Source: an uncultured Christensenellaceae bacterium (lineage in GTDB: Bacteria > Bacillota > Clostridia > Christensenellales > UBA3700). From it: DNA of 64,000 bases. This document shows positions 1 to 10,159 of this stretch, piece by piece (the first letter of the stretch is position 1; each line of letters opens with the position of its first letter). Where the stretch lies: assembly GCA_944376205.1 (NCBI GenBank), contig CALWBV010000002.1, positions 72,520-136,519 of the forward strand, given 5' to 3'. The position numbers and the translations under genes were made by a program. Below the pieces are notes generated by a model, which was not told the origin of the DNA, searched no databases, and was given only the letters and a program-made list of their open reading frames with translations.

Positions 1-194
1 TGTAACGTTGTTCAACACTCCTCCGTGTATATTCACGTGCAAAAGCACTACCATAAACATAGAAAGTATTCTCAATAAATCAAGTCCGGTATTTCTCGTA
101 TTGCCCGCTTGACTTTCTTGCGATACAGAGTCATTGACGGTTACTTTATACAGTAGTCGTGTCATATATCCCCCACTTAAATATCTTTTTATAG

Positions 195-223
195 AAAAAA
201 ACGGAAGCACTGATGTGCTTCCG
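195..223 (-). terminator. Rho-independent terminator downstream of pnp
   Basis: Minus-strand hairpin CGGAAGCAC-AUCA-GUGCUUCCG (202-223) followed by a U7 run (A-run 195-201 on + strand), 18 nt after the pnp stop. Confidence 0.75.
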
Positions 224-240
224 TCAACTGTTTTTGAAAA

Positions 241-2325
241 TTACTTAAGCACTTCGAGAAGTCTCAATGCGATACCCTTATCGGTAATTTCAGTAACTTT
301 TACTTTTACTCTGTCGCCCACATTTACTACGTCTTCGACTTTTTCAACTCTTTCTTTCTTGAGTTTGGAAATGTGAATCATAGCGTCCTTTCCGGGAGCG
401 ATTTCTACGAATGCGCCGAAAGACATGATTCTTACGACAGTACCTTCGAATACTTCGCCAACTTCGGGATCATTGACGATGAGGTCTATGATCTGTTTTG
501 CTCTAGCGTTCTTTTCTTCGTCTACGCCGGATACGAGTACGTTGCCGTAGTCGTCGATATCGATCTTAACGCCGGTTTCGTCGATAATCTTGTTGATAAC
601 CTTACCGCCGCTGCCGATAACGTCCTTGATCTTGTTGGGATCGATGGAGAAAGACAAAATCTTGGGAGCGTATTTAGAAAGTGACTTTCTGGGTTCGGGC
701 AAAACTTCAAGCATCTTGTTGAGAATGAAGAGTCTGCCTTTCTTTGCCTGTGCAAGCGCCTTTCTGAGGATTTCTTCGTTGATACCCTTGATCTTGATAT
801 CCATCTGAATTGCGGTAATACCGTCTTCGGTACCTGCAACCTTGAAGTCCATATCTCCGAAGAAGTCTTCGAGACCCTGAATATCCGTCAAAACTGAAAT
901 CTTGGACTTATCTTCGTTGCTTATAAGACCCATAGCTACACCGGCAACGGGCTTTTTGATAGGAACACCTGCGTCCATAAGAGCAAGCGTAGAACCACAT
1001 ACAGAAGCCTGTGACGTCGAACCGTTGGAAGATATAACTTCACTTACCGTACGGATAGCATAAGGGAAACTTTCTACCGAAGGAAGCATGGGTTCGAGTG
1101 CTCTTTCTGCCAAAGCGCCGTGTCCGATTTCTCTTCTGCCGGGGCTCTTGAGAGGTTTAGCTTCGCCCGTGCTGTAAGGGGGCATATTGTAGTGGTGAAT
1201 ATATCTCTTGCAAACTTCGTCGTCGAGGCCTTCGAGTTTCTGAACTTCGGAAAGGCTGCCGAGAGTACATATTGTCATAACCTGTGTCTGACCTCTGGTG
1301 AATACGCCGCTGCCGTGAACTCTGGGCAAAATACCTGCTTCACACCAGATAGGTCTGATTTCCTCGAGGCTTCTGCCGTCGGGTCTGATACCTTTATCGA
1401 GAATCTTTGCTCTTACTTTTGCTTTCTTCATAGCATACAAAGTCTCTGCAATATCTTTTTTACCGTCGGGGAACTGCTCTGCAAAGTGTTCGAATACGTC
1501 TTTATCGAGAGCGTCTTCGGCTTTTTCTCTGTCCTGTCTGTTGAAGTTTTCGAGAACGGCATCCATTTTCTTATCAGCATATTCTTTAACTGCTGTCTCG
1601 ATTTCTTCTTGAGGATGATAAAGTTCGGGAACGATCTTTTCTTTGCCGATCTGCTTCTGAATATCTTCGATGAAAGCAACGATCTTCTTGATTTCCTCGT
1701 GACCGAAGAGAATTGCGCCGATCATTTCTTCTTCTGTAAGCTCGTTTGCGCCTGCTTCAACCATAAGGATAGCTTCCTTGGTGCCGCTCAACGAGAGGTG
1801 AAGTTTGGACTTTTCTCTCTGCTCGGCATTAGGATTGATAACATACTCTCCGTCTACATAACCTACGACTACCGAACCTGTAGGTCCTGCAAAAGGTATA
1901 TCGGATATGCTGAGTGCGACGGAGCTACCGATCATTGCGTAAACCTCGGGCGGAATGTCGGGATCTACGGAAAGGCTTGTAGCAACTACCGCAACGTCAT
2001 TGAAAAATCCCTTGGGGAAAAGAGGACGAAGAGGTCTGTCGATAAGTCTCGATACGAGAATAGCCTTGTCGCTTGCACGTCCCTCACGTTTTTTGAATCC
2101 CCCGGGTATCTTTCCAACAGCATACATCTTTTCTTCGTAATCGCATCCGAGAGGGAAAAAGTCAATGCCTTCTCTCTGCGTCTTTGCCATTGTAACGTTT
2201 ACCATTACGACAGTTTCACCGCATCTTACGAAACAGCTGCCGTTGCTCATACCACAATAAGCGCCTGTTTCAATTGTAACTTCTCTGCCGCCGATAGTGG
2301 TTTTGAAAATCTTTTTATCTATCAT
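241..2325 (-). CDS. pnp: Polynucleotide phosphorylase (polyribonucleotide nucleotidyltransferase)
   Basis: Two RNase PH-like halves, KH motif (GSGGKVINKI) and C-terminal S1 (GAFVEIAPGKDAMIHISKL). ATG at 2325 lies 8 nt after GGAGG; the TTG start in the ORF track (2340) sits inside that SD. Confidence 0.97.
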   Translation of the reverse strand: MIDKKIFKTTIGGREVTIETGAYCGMSNGSCFVRCGETVVMVNVTMAKTQREGIDFFPLGCDYEEKMYAVGKIPGGFKKREGRASDKAILVSRLIDRPLRPLFPKGFFNDVAVVATSLSVDPDIPPEVYAMIGSSVALSISDIPFAGPTGSVVVGYVDGEYVINPNAEQREKSKLHLSLSGTKEAILMVEAGANELTEEEMIGAILFGHEEIKKIVAFIEDIQKQIGKEKIVPELYHPQEEIETAVKEYADKKMDAVLENFNRQDREKAEDALDKDVFEHFAEQFPDGKKDIAETLYAMKKAKVRAKILDKGIRPDGRSLEEIRPIWCEAGILPRVHGSGVFTRGQTQVMTICTLGSLSEVQKLEGLDDEVCKRYIHHYNMPPYSTGEAKPLKSPGRREIGHGALAERALEPMLPSVESFPYAIRTVSEVISSNGSTSQASVCGSTLALMDAGVPIKKPVAGVAMGLISNEDKSKISVLTDIQGLEDFFGDMDFKVAGTEDGITAIQMDIKIKGINEEILRKALAQAKKGRLFILNKMLEVLPEPRKSLSKYAPKILSFSIDPNKIKDVIGSGGKVINKIIDETGVKIDIDDYGNVLVSGVDEEKNARAKQIIDLIVNDPEVGEVFEGTVVRIMSFGAFVEIAPGKDAMIHISKLKKERVEKVEDVVNVGDRVKVKVTEITDKGIALRLLEVLK

Positions 2326-2422
2326 CAAACTAACCTCCAATAATTAGTAATTTAATCTGTGAGTGTAATTTTAGCGCAAGTTTTCAAAAAATAAGGGGTG
2401 TCAAACGACAGCCCCGAATTTT

Positions 2423-2701
2423 TTACTTTCTGATGCCAAGTCTTGCGATAAGTTCACGATAACGTTCGATATCGGTATCTTTGAGGTACTTGAGCATACT
2501 TCTTCTCTTACCGACCATCTGCAACAAACCTCTTCTTGAGTGGAAGTCGTTTTTGTGCTCTGCGAAGTGATCGTTGAGTTGAAGAATTCTCTGTGTCAAA
2601 AGAGCGATTTGAACTTCAGGAGAACCTGTATCTCCCTCGTGCTTGGCGAATGCAGTCATAACTTCTTGCTTCGTCATATTCTTAACGTCTACAATTTCCA
2701 T
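2423..2701 (-). CDS. rpsO: 30S ribosomal protein S15
   Basis: 92 aa with the S15 core [29 protein letters not shown]; classical rpsO-pnp synteny. Confidence 0.97.
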   Translation of the reverse strand: MEIVDVKNMTKQEVMTAFAKHEGDTGSPEVQIALLTQRILQLNDHFAEHKNDFHSRRGLLQMVGKRRSMLKYLKDTDIERYRELIARLGIRK

Positions 2702-2955
2702 TTTTTATCCTCCTTTTGAAATTGTTAATTTAGCGACAGCCAAGTAATACATTGGAGATTTGCAAAACCTAGCCGCGTTAATGAAAGGTCCAAAAGACCG
2801 TTACACAAGTATCTTACCATAAATTTTACGTCTACGCAAGCAAATAGCGGTACAAAATTATTAATATTTTATATATTGTACCAACAAATACTTAAAACCG
2901 ATTATTCTGTATCCTAGCCGAAAATTTTATATCCGCTGTCTTTTATCCGAAAAAA

Positions 2956-4389
2956 TCATGAAAAAAATTCTTCTTTGTCCTTAAGAATCTTTTCTCCTCT
3001 CTCGAGATATACGTCAAGTCCCTTTGGATTGGCAAGTCTTTCGAGTCTGTCATTAGCAAACAGTCTCTTTGAAATACCTCCCGCTCCGTTGGCGATAATA
3101 CCGCATATTTCTTCCATAATGTCGATATTGTATATACATGCCTTGCCTTCTTTGCAATAACCTACGTTTTCGAGATTGCCCGACATGTATTTTTGCTTAT
3201 ACATATAGTAAGGCGAATATCCGCCGTTCACCAAAGTATCCCTTGCATAATCTACCATTTTCGAAGCAATGTCTTCGCCGCTGTTGTCGTAGCCTTCGAC
3301 TTTGAGTGTGGAGCCTTTTTTGAGCGCAAGAGTATGTACCGTTATATTCGCAGGAGCAAGTTTGAGCGCACAATCGACAGAATATCTGAAGTCGTCGAAA
3401 CTTTCTCCGGGCAGCATCGCAATAAGATCGGTATTGATGTCGAAATTATATTTTTGTGCCTCGTCATATACCTTGTATATGTCCTCTACTGTGTGTTTTC
3501 TGCCTATTATGTCTAAAGTCTTCTGGTTGAACGTCTGCGGATTCACCGAAATTCGGTTTACTCCCGCATCTGCCATGATTTTGAGTTTTTGAGAATTTAT
3601 CGTGTCAGGTCTGCCCGCTTCGACTGTATATTCTCTGCAATCGGTTGCCGCACATTCGACTACACGTTTGAAGTTTTCCTCGTCAAGCGAAGTAGGAGTT
3701 CCCCCTCCTATATAAACCGAACGTATTTTCAATCCGTTGGCTTTGACGATTTTTTTTGTCAATTCTATCTCTTTGATAAGTAAATCGCAATACGGGTCGA
3801 CAAGTTTTCTGACCTTGTCCAGCTGTGCGGAAATAAACGAACAATATACGCATCTCGACACGCAAATAGGAATGTTTACAAATACGTCGATTTCGTCGTT
3901 TTTTACATTGTAAAAGTCCTTTTGGTTGCGGCATATTTCTGCGATAAGTTCTCTTTTTTGAGGGCTTACTCTCAACACGTCCTCAAAATAACTGTCGGCG
4001 TCTATACCCTTTCCTGCAAGTTCGTGATAGAGTTTTGTAGGGCGAATACCCGTAAGCGAACCGTACGGAAGACTTTGCCCCGTAAGTCTTACGAGAAAAT
4101 CGTATAAAGCGACTTTGCTGTGTCTTTTGAGTTGAGCACGGTATTTTATATCGTAAGAATCGGATTCTTTTTTTTCGAGGAATCTCTCGTCCACGCAAAA
4201 CCTTGTTTTGGATTTTTGGTCTTTATATCCGATAGTACATTCGTAAACGTCGTCTTTTATTCGCTCGAGAGACAAACAAAGTTTGTCCGCTCCTTCGCTG
4301 ACAAAAACGTGTGAACTGAACGCCCTGATTATGTCCATATAGTCGTTTTCGAATTCGGGTATCGTGCAAACAAATTCAAATTGTATCAT
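2956..4389 (-). CDS. Radical SAM protein, HemN/HemZ-like (oxygen-independent coproporphyrinogen-III oxidase family)
   Basis: 477 aa; CxxxCxxC cluster motif CVSRCVYCSF and a HemN-like core with the N-terminal extension typical of clostridial HemZ-type proteins. Confidence 0.8.
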   Translation of the reverse strand: MIQFEFVCTIPEFENDYMDIIRAFSSHVFVSEGADKLCLSLERIKDDVYECTIGYKDQKSKTRFCVDERFLEKKESDSYDIKYRAQLKRHSKVALYDFLVRLTGQSLPYGSLTGIRPTKLYHELAGKGIDADSYFEDVLRVSPQKRELIAEICRNQKDFYNVKNDEIDVFVNIPICVSRCVYCSFISAQLDKVRKLVDPYCDLLIKEIELTKKIVKANGLKIRSVYIGGGTPTSLDEENFKRVVECAATDCREYTVEAGRPDTINSQKLKIMADAGVNRISVNPQTFNQKTLDIIGRKHTVEDIYKVYDEAQKYNFDINTDLIAMLPGESFDDFRYSVDCALKLAPANITVHTLALKKGSTLKVEGYDNSGEDIASKMVDYARDTLVNGGYSPYYMYKQKYMSGNLENVGYCKEGKACIYNIDIMEEICGIIANGAGGISKRLFANDRLERLANPKGLDVYLERGEKILKDKEEFFS

Positions 4390-4467
4390 GATTTTATCCT
4401 GTTTTGTCTAAAATATCGCCTAATCCGCCAAATTGAGATTTTTCAATTCACGAATAAGGTGCCGAAT

Positions 4468-5079
4468 TTACTCTTCGTCGCTGAATACGGGATTATGCAT
4501 TCTCTCAAACGACGCTGTCGTCCCTTCGCCGTGTCCGCTCAAAAGGCAATATTCTCCATCGAGAGAAAGTATCTTTTTTACAGACTTCTGTAAAGTCGCA
4601 AAATCTCCGCCCCTCAAATCGTATCTGCCGTAGCTTGCTCTGAATATAGTATCTCCGCAAAAAACAACGTCGTCCATCACGTAGCATACTCCGCCTAAAG
4701 AGTGTCCGGGAGTTGCGATAACCTTAATTTTTTTACCGCACAATTCCAAAACGTCTCCGTCTTTAACATATACGTCAATGGCGAATTTTTCAAATTTTCT
4801 GCTTATCTGAAGAGGATTATCTATAAAATCCTCATCGTCTTTGCTCATGTATATTTTGCTACCAAACTCTCTTTTGAAATAAGCCGCTCCGCCGATATGG
4901 TCAAAATGTCCGTGTGTGATAAGAATGGCTTGGAGCCTCAAGCCGTTGGATTTAATATACTCTGCAACAGCTTCGCTGGGTGTAGAAGGGTCCACCAAAA
5001 AACACGTTTTGTTTTGCTCGTCGATTGCAAGATAAGTGTTGTTGTGCAACAGACCGAGTATAAATATCTGTATCTTCAT
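4468..5079 (-). CDS. MBL-fold metallo-hydrolase (glyoxalase II-like)
   Basis: 203 aa; HxHxDH motif THGHFDHIGG, later TPGHS and SGHGE metal ligands. Confidence 0.87.
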   Translation of the reverse strand: MKIQIFILGLLHNNTYLAIDEQNKTCFLVDPSTPSEAVAEYIKSNGLRLQAILITHGHFDHIGGAAYFKREFGSKIYMSKDDEDFIDNPLQISRKFEKFAIDVYVKDGDVLELCGKKIKVIATPGHSLGGVCYVMDDVVFCGDTIFRASYGRYDLRGGDFATLQKSVKKILSLDGEYCLLSGHGEGTTASFERMHNPVFSDEE

Positions 5080-5089
5080 ATTTTGTCAC

Positions 5090-5527
5090 CTATTTTTCGA
5101 GAATCATTGTAATAGGACCGTCATTCGACATATCGATGTGCATATGCGCCCCGAATACGCCCGTTGCTATCTTTCCCAATCTTTTTCTGAATTCCTCAAC
5201 TGTAAAATCGTACAAAGGTTTTGCCTTGTCGAAATGAGCCGATTTTGAAAAATCGGGACGTCTGCCGCTGAATGCGTTGCCGTATAAAGTAAAATTCGAT
5301 ACGACCATAACTTCGCCACCCACGTCGAGAAGTGATTTGTTGAGTTTGTTGTTTTCGTCCTTAAAAATTCGCATGCCGATAATTCTGTCGACAATATATC
5401 TGCATACTTCTTCCGTATCGTCGTTGTTGTAACCGACAAATACCAAAAACCCGTCTTCAATCTGCGATACGGGCTTGTCCTCTACGCTCAATTTAGCGTA
5501 ATTCACTCTTTGTACTACTGCTCTCAT
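5090..5527 (-). CDS. dtd: D-aminoacyl-tRNA deacylase
   Basis: 145 aa; N-terminal MRAVVQRV and SNFTLYG motifs and C-terminal GPITMILE are typical of Dtd; ATGA overlap with the relA stop. Confidence 0.95.
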   Translation of the reverse strand: MRAVVQRVNYAKLSVEDKPVSQIEDGFLVFVGYNNDDTEEVCRYIVDRIIGMRIFKDENNKLNKSLLDVGGEVMVVSNFTLYGNAFSGRRPDFSKSAHFDKAKPLYDFTVEEFRKRLGKIATGVFGAHMHIDMSNDGPITMILEK

Positions 5528-7716
5528 TTTTTACTCTTCGATGTATTTTTTGTGCTTTTTGCCGCTCTTTGAATATTTATTATACCTTTTACGGACTGTT
5601 CTATTTTATTCATAAGGATATCCAGCATATTGGTATTGGTTACCTCAACCGAAACTTTTATCGTTGCCGTAGAGTCTTTTTCGGACTTTGCGGATATACT
5701 CGTCATAGCGACTTTCATATTTGTGATCAAAGTCGCAACCTCTATTACAAGTCCCGTACGGTCATGGGCCTTAATGACGAGATTTGCAACAAACTTTTCG
5801 TCCTCAGTCACAGGCCATTGAGCTTCCACAATCCTCTCGGGTTCGAAATTCTTGCAATTGGGGCAATCCACTCTGTGGATAACTACGCCGCCGTTGCGGG
5901 ATATATATCCGAGAATATCGTCTCCGGGCAAAGGTGAACAACATTGCGAAAACCTGTATTTCAATCCCTCGACGCCTTTTATCAAAACGCCGCCGTTATG
6001 ACGTTTCTGCGTAGGCTTTTTGGTAAGTTTGTCAATCTCTGCACTCTCCTGCACATGGTCTTGCTTGTACAATTCTACAAGTTTGTTGATGACCTGCAAC
6101 GAAGTCAGTTCGCCGTATCCGACCATTGCCATGACTTCTTCAGAGTTATTGAGATTGTATTTCGAACGTATATATTTGCCCCAACTTTCCGAAGCAATGA
6201 GGTCATTGAGCGCAAAACCTCTGTGTTTTGCCTCTTTTTCGAGAATTTCTCTGCCCCTCTTTTCGTTCTCCTCACGCATTTCTTTTTTGAAGAAAGAACG
6301 GATTTTACTCTTTGCGCTGGGGGTTATTACAAACTGCAACCAGTCTCTCGACGGACCTTTAGACGCATTGGACGTAATGACTTCGACAACGTCGCCGTTG
6401 TTGAGTTTCGTACTCACGGGCATAATTCTCGAATTGACTTTGATACCCGTACATTTTTCTCCGACTTTACTGTGTATTGCATAAGCAAAATCCACACCCG
6501 TGGAGCCGTTGGGCAAGTTGAATACGTCGCCTTTGGGAGTAAATACGAACACCTGATCGGAATACAAATCGACTTTAAGCATATCGAGATATTCCTGCGA
6601 ATCGCTTGCCTCCTCCTGAAGCTGCATAACGTTTCTTATCCATGCAAGTTTGTCGTCGTCTATCTTTGAAGTGTCGGTATTCGAGCCTTGTTTATATTTC
6701 CAATGCGCAGCGATACCGTATTCAGCTATTTTATGCATTTCGTATGTACGTATCTGTATTTCGAAAGGCGCCCCGTATGCCGTCAGCACGGTAGTGTGCA
6801 GCGACTGGTACATATTGGCTTTAGGCACAGAAATGTAGTCTTTGAATCTACCGGGAAGCGGCTTCCATTTTGTATGAATCGCACCCAGTACGGCATAACA
6901 GTCCTTTACGTTATCGACAATGACTCTCAATGCAATCAAATCGTAGATTTGCTCAAAAGGTTTACCCTTTTTGAGCTTTCTGTATATGCTGTAAAAATGT
7001 TTGGGTCTGCCGTTGACCTCGCCGCTGATACCGAGTTCTTTGAGCATATCCTGAAGTTCGAGCGATATATGATTGACCAACTCTTGTCTCTCCACTCTCG
7101 TCTGCGAAACTTTTTCGGCGATATAATAATAGTCGTCGGGATAAAGATATCTCAAACACAAATCCTCGAGTTCGCCTTTTACGCTGGATATACCGAGACG
7201 TGCTGCGATTGGTGCGTAAATATCCAAAGTCTCTTGCGCTATTCGCTTCTGACCTTCTTCGTCCTTAAACGAAAGCGTACGCATGTTGTGAAGTCTGTCG
7301 GCAAGTTTTATGATAATGACTCTTATGTCATTGCTCATCGCCATGAACATACGTCTCAAGTTTTCTGCCTGTTCTTCGAGCCTCGACTTAAAATTGAGTT
7401 TACTTAATTTTGTAACGCCCTGCACAAGCGACAACACGACTCCGCCGAATGTCTGGCTTATTTCCTCCGCCGTGACAGAAGTATCTTCGATTACGTCATG
7501 CAAAAGTGCGGCTACGACGGTATCGCAGTCGAGACCCATGTCTATCAGGATTTCCGCTACGGCCTTGGGGTGCACCAAATAATCCTCACCCGACTGTCTC
7601 TTCTGACCTTGATGTGAGGTCTTTGCGAAATAATACGCCTTAATGATCTTATCGGCGTAATTTTCGCTGTAGTTCTCCTGAATTTTATTGATGAATCTGA
7701 TTTCCTGTTCTTCCAC
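5524..7716 (-). CDS. relA: Bifunctional (p)ppGpp synthetase/hydrolase (RelA/SpoT homologue)
   Basis: 730 aa; HD hydrolase motif LLHDVIEDT, RelA/SpoT synthetase core, TGS and C-terminal ACT region; GTG start after GAGG; relA-dtd synteny. Confidence 0.95.
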   Translation of the reverse strand: MEEQEIRFINKIQENYSENYADKIIKAYYFAKTSHQGQKRQSGEDYLVHPKAVAEILIDMGLDCDTVVAALLHDVIEDTSVTAEEISQTFGGVVLSLVQGVTKLSKLNFKSRLEEQAENLRRMFMAMSNDIRVIIIKLADRLHNMRTLSFKDEEGQKRIAQETLDIYAPIAARLGISSVKGELEDLCLRYLYPDDYYYIAEKVSQTRVERQELVNHISLELQDMLKELGISGEVNGRPKHFYSIYRKLKKGKPFEQIYDLIALRVIVDNVKDCYAVLGAIHTKWKPLPGRFKDYISVPKANMYQSLHTTVLTAYGAPFEIQIRTYEMHKIAEYGIAAHWKYKQGSNTDTSKIDDDKLAWIRNVMQLQEEASDSQEYLDMLKVDLYSDQVFVFTPKGDVFNLPNGSTGVDFAYAIHSKVGEKCTGIKVNSRIMPVSTKLNNGDVVEVITSNASKGPSRDWLQFVITPSAKSKIRSFFKKEMREENEKRGREILEKEAKHRGFALNDLIASESWGKYIRSKYNLNNSEEVMAMVGYGELTSLQVINKLVELYKQDHVQESAEIDKLTKKPTQKRHNGGVLIKGVEGLKYRFSQCCSPLPGDDILGYISRNGGVVIHRVDCPNCKNFEPERIVEAQWPVTEDEKFVANLVIKAHDRTGLVIEVATLITNMKVAMTSISAKSEKDSTATIKVSVEVTNTNMLDILMNKIEQSVKGIINIQRAAKSTKNTSKSKK

Positions 7717-10006
7717 TTAACGCCTCTAGCTTTGCGTATATTTTGCTTTCACCGAGTTTTGTTTTTACCGATGTATCGACATAAAACTCCGGTGACGTCC
7801 TGATAATATCGAGTTCTGCAAAAATAAGTACTGCCAATACAAATTCATTATACTCCAAAACCTCGTCTTTTGCAATAGCATAATATAAATCGGACACACC
7901 GAATATCTTTTTTATTGACAGACAGTTTTTGATTTTGATAAATATCTGTTTAAGTCTGTCGTAATCGGGAAGATACTTTGCAAGCTTCGAAAAAATATTC
8001 ACGTTTTGTACCGAATACAACTTTGCAGTTTTACTCATTACCTTTCCGAAAGCCCCTGTTGACAAAGGTTCGTCCAGAAGTATTATCTTGTCATAATAGC
8101 ACAGTTCTTTGAGCGATGCGGGACAAAAGACTATTTTAGTCACGGGAACAAGGCTTTCGATAACTCTGTTTTCGGTATGAATAGCAGAATGAACCGAATT
8201 GTATTTTTTGCAAAATTCTTGATATGTGTCGATATCATACGCAATATAGCATGTTCCGAACGTGCTTCCGCCCATAGCTATCGCAGTATCGGTATCTATG
8301 ATTTCACACTGTGATTCACCCTTTGCAAAACCTGTAACCAGGTATTGTGAATAGTCGCCCTGACTGCTTATGTCATCGCTGGTAAACGCACTTATTTTTC
8401 CCTGTGCGTACAGCCTGTCTCTGAAGGATTGCAAAGACAGTTTGTAGTATAAATTTTTTTGCACATTTTGGGATAAAAATTCTCTGTATCTCAATCCGTT
8501 GAAAAGTACGAGTTCCCTATCTTTTTCCTTATGTACAAGATGCAAAGTTGTGCCCATCTGCACAAAATCCATACCGTAAATTTCTTCTTTGAATCTTATA
8601 TCGGGATTACCTTCTCCGAAAGGTTCGAGAAGTTTTATTCCTCGTGCCATATCTAGTGAGCTTTTTACTTCTTTGATATCTATATCGTATTTCTTATGAG
8701 GTAAAAAATATTCCATAGAAAAATCTCTTTTTATCAGAGAATTGAGTCTTTCGGCAAATATACCTATGTTTTTCTCCTCAAGCGAAAGCCCGAAAGCCAT
8801 TGCGTGACCGCCAAACTTCGTCAACAAGTCTTTACATTCGCTTACATACGAAAATATATTGATACCTTTTATACTTCTGCCGCTACCCTTGTAAATTTTT
8901 CCGTTTTTAGTCATCAAAACCGTAGGTCTGTTGAAAGTCTCGGCAATTCTCGAAGCCACTATACCTATTATGCCGTCATCCCAATATGCGTTGTATAAGA
9001 CGATTACGGCATTGTTTTCAAAATCATAGCCTTTGAGCTTCTGCATGCACTCTTCCGTCAAATCGTCGGTAAGCTGCATACGATGCTCGTTACATTCGTT
9101 GAGGTCTTTTATAACATGTTCCAACAAAAAATTATCGGTAGTGCAAAACAAATCCAGTACGGCATTTGCATCGCCTATTCTTCCTGCCGCATTTATTCTG
9201 GGCGCAATCTTAAATCCTATATCGTATGAATTTACTTCTTTATCGACGCAGCCTTTAATGAGCATTTTTATACCGCGTGCCGCATCCATGGAATTGATGC
9301 GCTTGAGCCCTGCTTTAGCTATGATTCTGTTGTCGTCTACAAGAGGCACAACGTCGGCAATCGTAGCGATAGCGGCTATATCAAGATACTTCGTCATCTC
9401 TTCTCTGCCTGCAAGTCCTTCGACTATTCTCAAAGCTACGCCTGCACCGCATAGCTCCCTGAAAGCGCCGTTATAAGTCAATTTTGGATTGAATATAAGA
9501 CAATCCGGCAATATTTCACCAGGCTCGTGGTGGTCTGTAACAATCACGTCAAAACCCAAAACTTCTCTAGCGTACTGCACTTCTTCAACGCTGGTAATAC
9601 CGCAGTCAACTGTAATCAACAGGTCGCTCAAATATTTATCCGCCAGCTTTTCCAAAGCGTCAATCGAGAGTCCGTAACCGTCACTGTGTCTGTTGGGCAA
9701 AAAGCAATCGACTTTGACTCCTTTAGAGCGCAAAAAATTATTGAGTATGGAAACACCGCATATACCGTCGCAATCGTAGTCTCCGTACAATATTATGCTT
9801 TCCTTGTTATCTATGGCTTGCTTTAATCTACCGATAACATCATCAAAGCCTTCATATCTGTGCAAATCCGTGAGGTTGTCAAGCGAAGGATAGAGAAAAG
9901 CCTCGATCTTTTCTCTTGTGTCAAATCCTCTCTCCTCAAGCACTTCTATAAGTCGAGAGTCAATTTGATAATCTTTTGCAATGTTTTCTCTGTCAACAGT
10001 CGTCAT
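7685..10006 (-). CDS. recJ: Single-stranded-DNA-specific exonuclease RecJ
   Basis: 773 aa; DHH motif (DYDCDGICG, VTDHH) and DHHA1 (GGHAMAFG); SD AAGAGG before the ATG; 3' end overlaps the relA start by 32 nt. Confidence 0.93.
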   Translation of the reverse strand: MTTVDRENIAKDYQIDSRLIEVLEERGFDTREKIEAFLYPSLDNLTDLHRYEGFDDVIGRLKQAIDNKESIILYGDYDCDGICGVSILNNFLRSKGVKVDCFLPNRHSDGYGLSIDALEKLADKYLSDLLITVDCGITSVEEVQYAREVLGFDVIVTDHHEPGEILPDCLIFNPKLTYNGAFRELCGAGVALRIVEGLAGREEMTKYLDIAAIATIADVVPLVDDNRIIAKAGLKRINSMDAARGIKMLIKGCVDKEVNSYDIGFKIAPRINAAGRIGDANAVLDLFCTTDNFLLEHVIKDLNECNEHRMQLTDDLTEECMQKLKGYDFENNAVIVLYNAYWDDGIIGIVASRIAETFNRPTVLMTKNGKIYKGSGRSIKGINIFSYVSECKDLLTKFGGHAMAFGLSLEEKNIGIFAERLNSLIKRDFSMEYFLPHKKYDIDIKEVKSSLDMARGIKLLEPFGEGNPDIRFKEEIYGMDFVQMGTTLHLVHKEKDRELVLFNGLRYREFLSQNVQKNLYYKLSLQSFRDRLYAQGKISAFTSDDISSQGDYSQYLVTGFAKGESQCEIIDTDTAIAMGGSTFGTCYIAYDIDTYQEFCKKYNSVHSAIHTENRVIESLVPVTKIVFCPASLKELCYYDKIILLDEPLSTGAFGKVMSKTAKLYSVQNVNIFSKLAKYLPDYDRLKQIFIKIKNCLSIKKIFGVSDLYYAIAKDEVLEYNEFVLAVLIFAELDIIRTSPEFYVDTSVKTKLGESKIYAKLEALSGRTGNQIHQ

Positions 10007-10159
10007 TTTTACCTCTTAATATATTATATATGATTCACAATTTTTTCTCAAGAGAGTTTTGATGTAATGTGTACAAAATTTATTAAAAATATATTTATAA
10101 AATAAAACAGCGGACCGCTTTCACGGTCCGCCGAATGTCGTTTAGAATGAAGTCAAACT

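Noticed and set aside
1-133. Possible start of a minus-strand gene leaving the window (GGAGGAGTG-TTG... near position 15-30) and the 80-aa + strand ORF 134-376
   Set aside because: Too little sequence remains to support a gene at the window edge. The 134-376 ORF overlaps the pnp terminator and the pnp 3' end and has no SD.
1120-2343. Long antisense ORFs opposite real genes: 1120-2343, 18052-19122, 34620-35780, 41100-42089, 46439-47569, 52522-53712, 56848-58218, 60365-61306 and others
   Set aside because: Each lies fully inside and antisense to a gene with unmistakable homology. The translations are low-complexity (F/C/R/S-rich) and lack SDs. They are the typical by-product of codon bias suppressing stops in the complementary frame.
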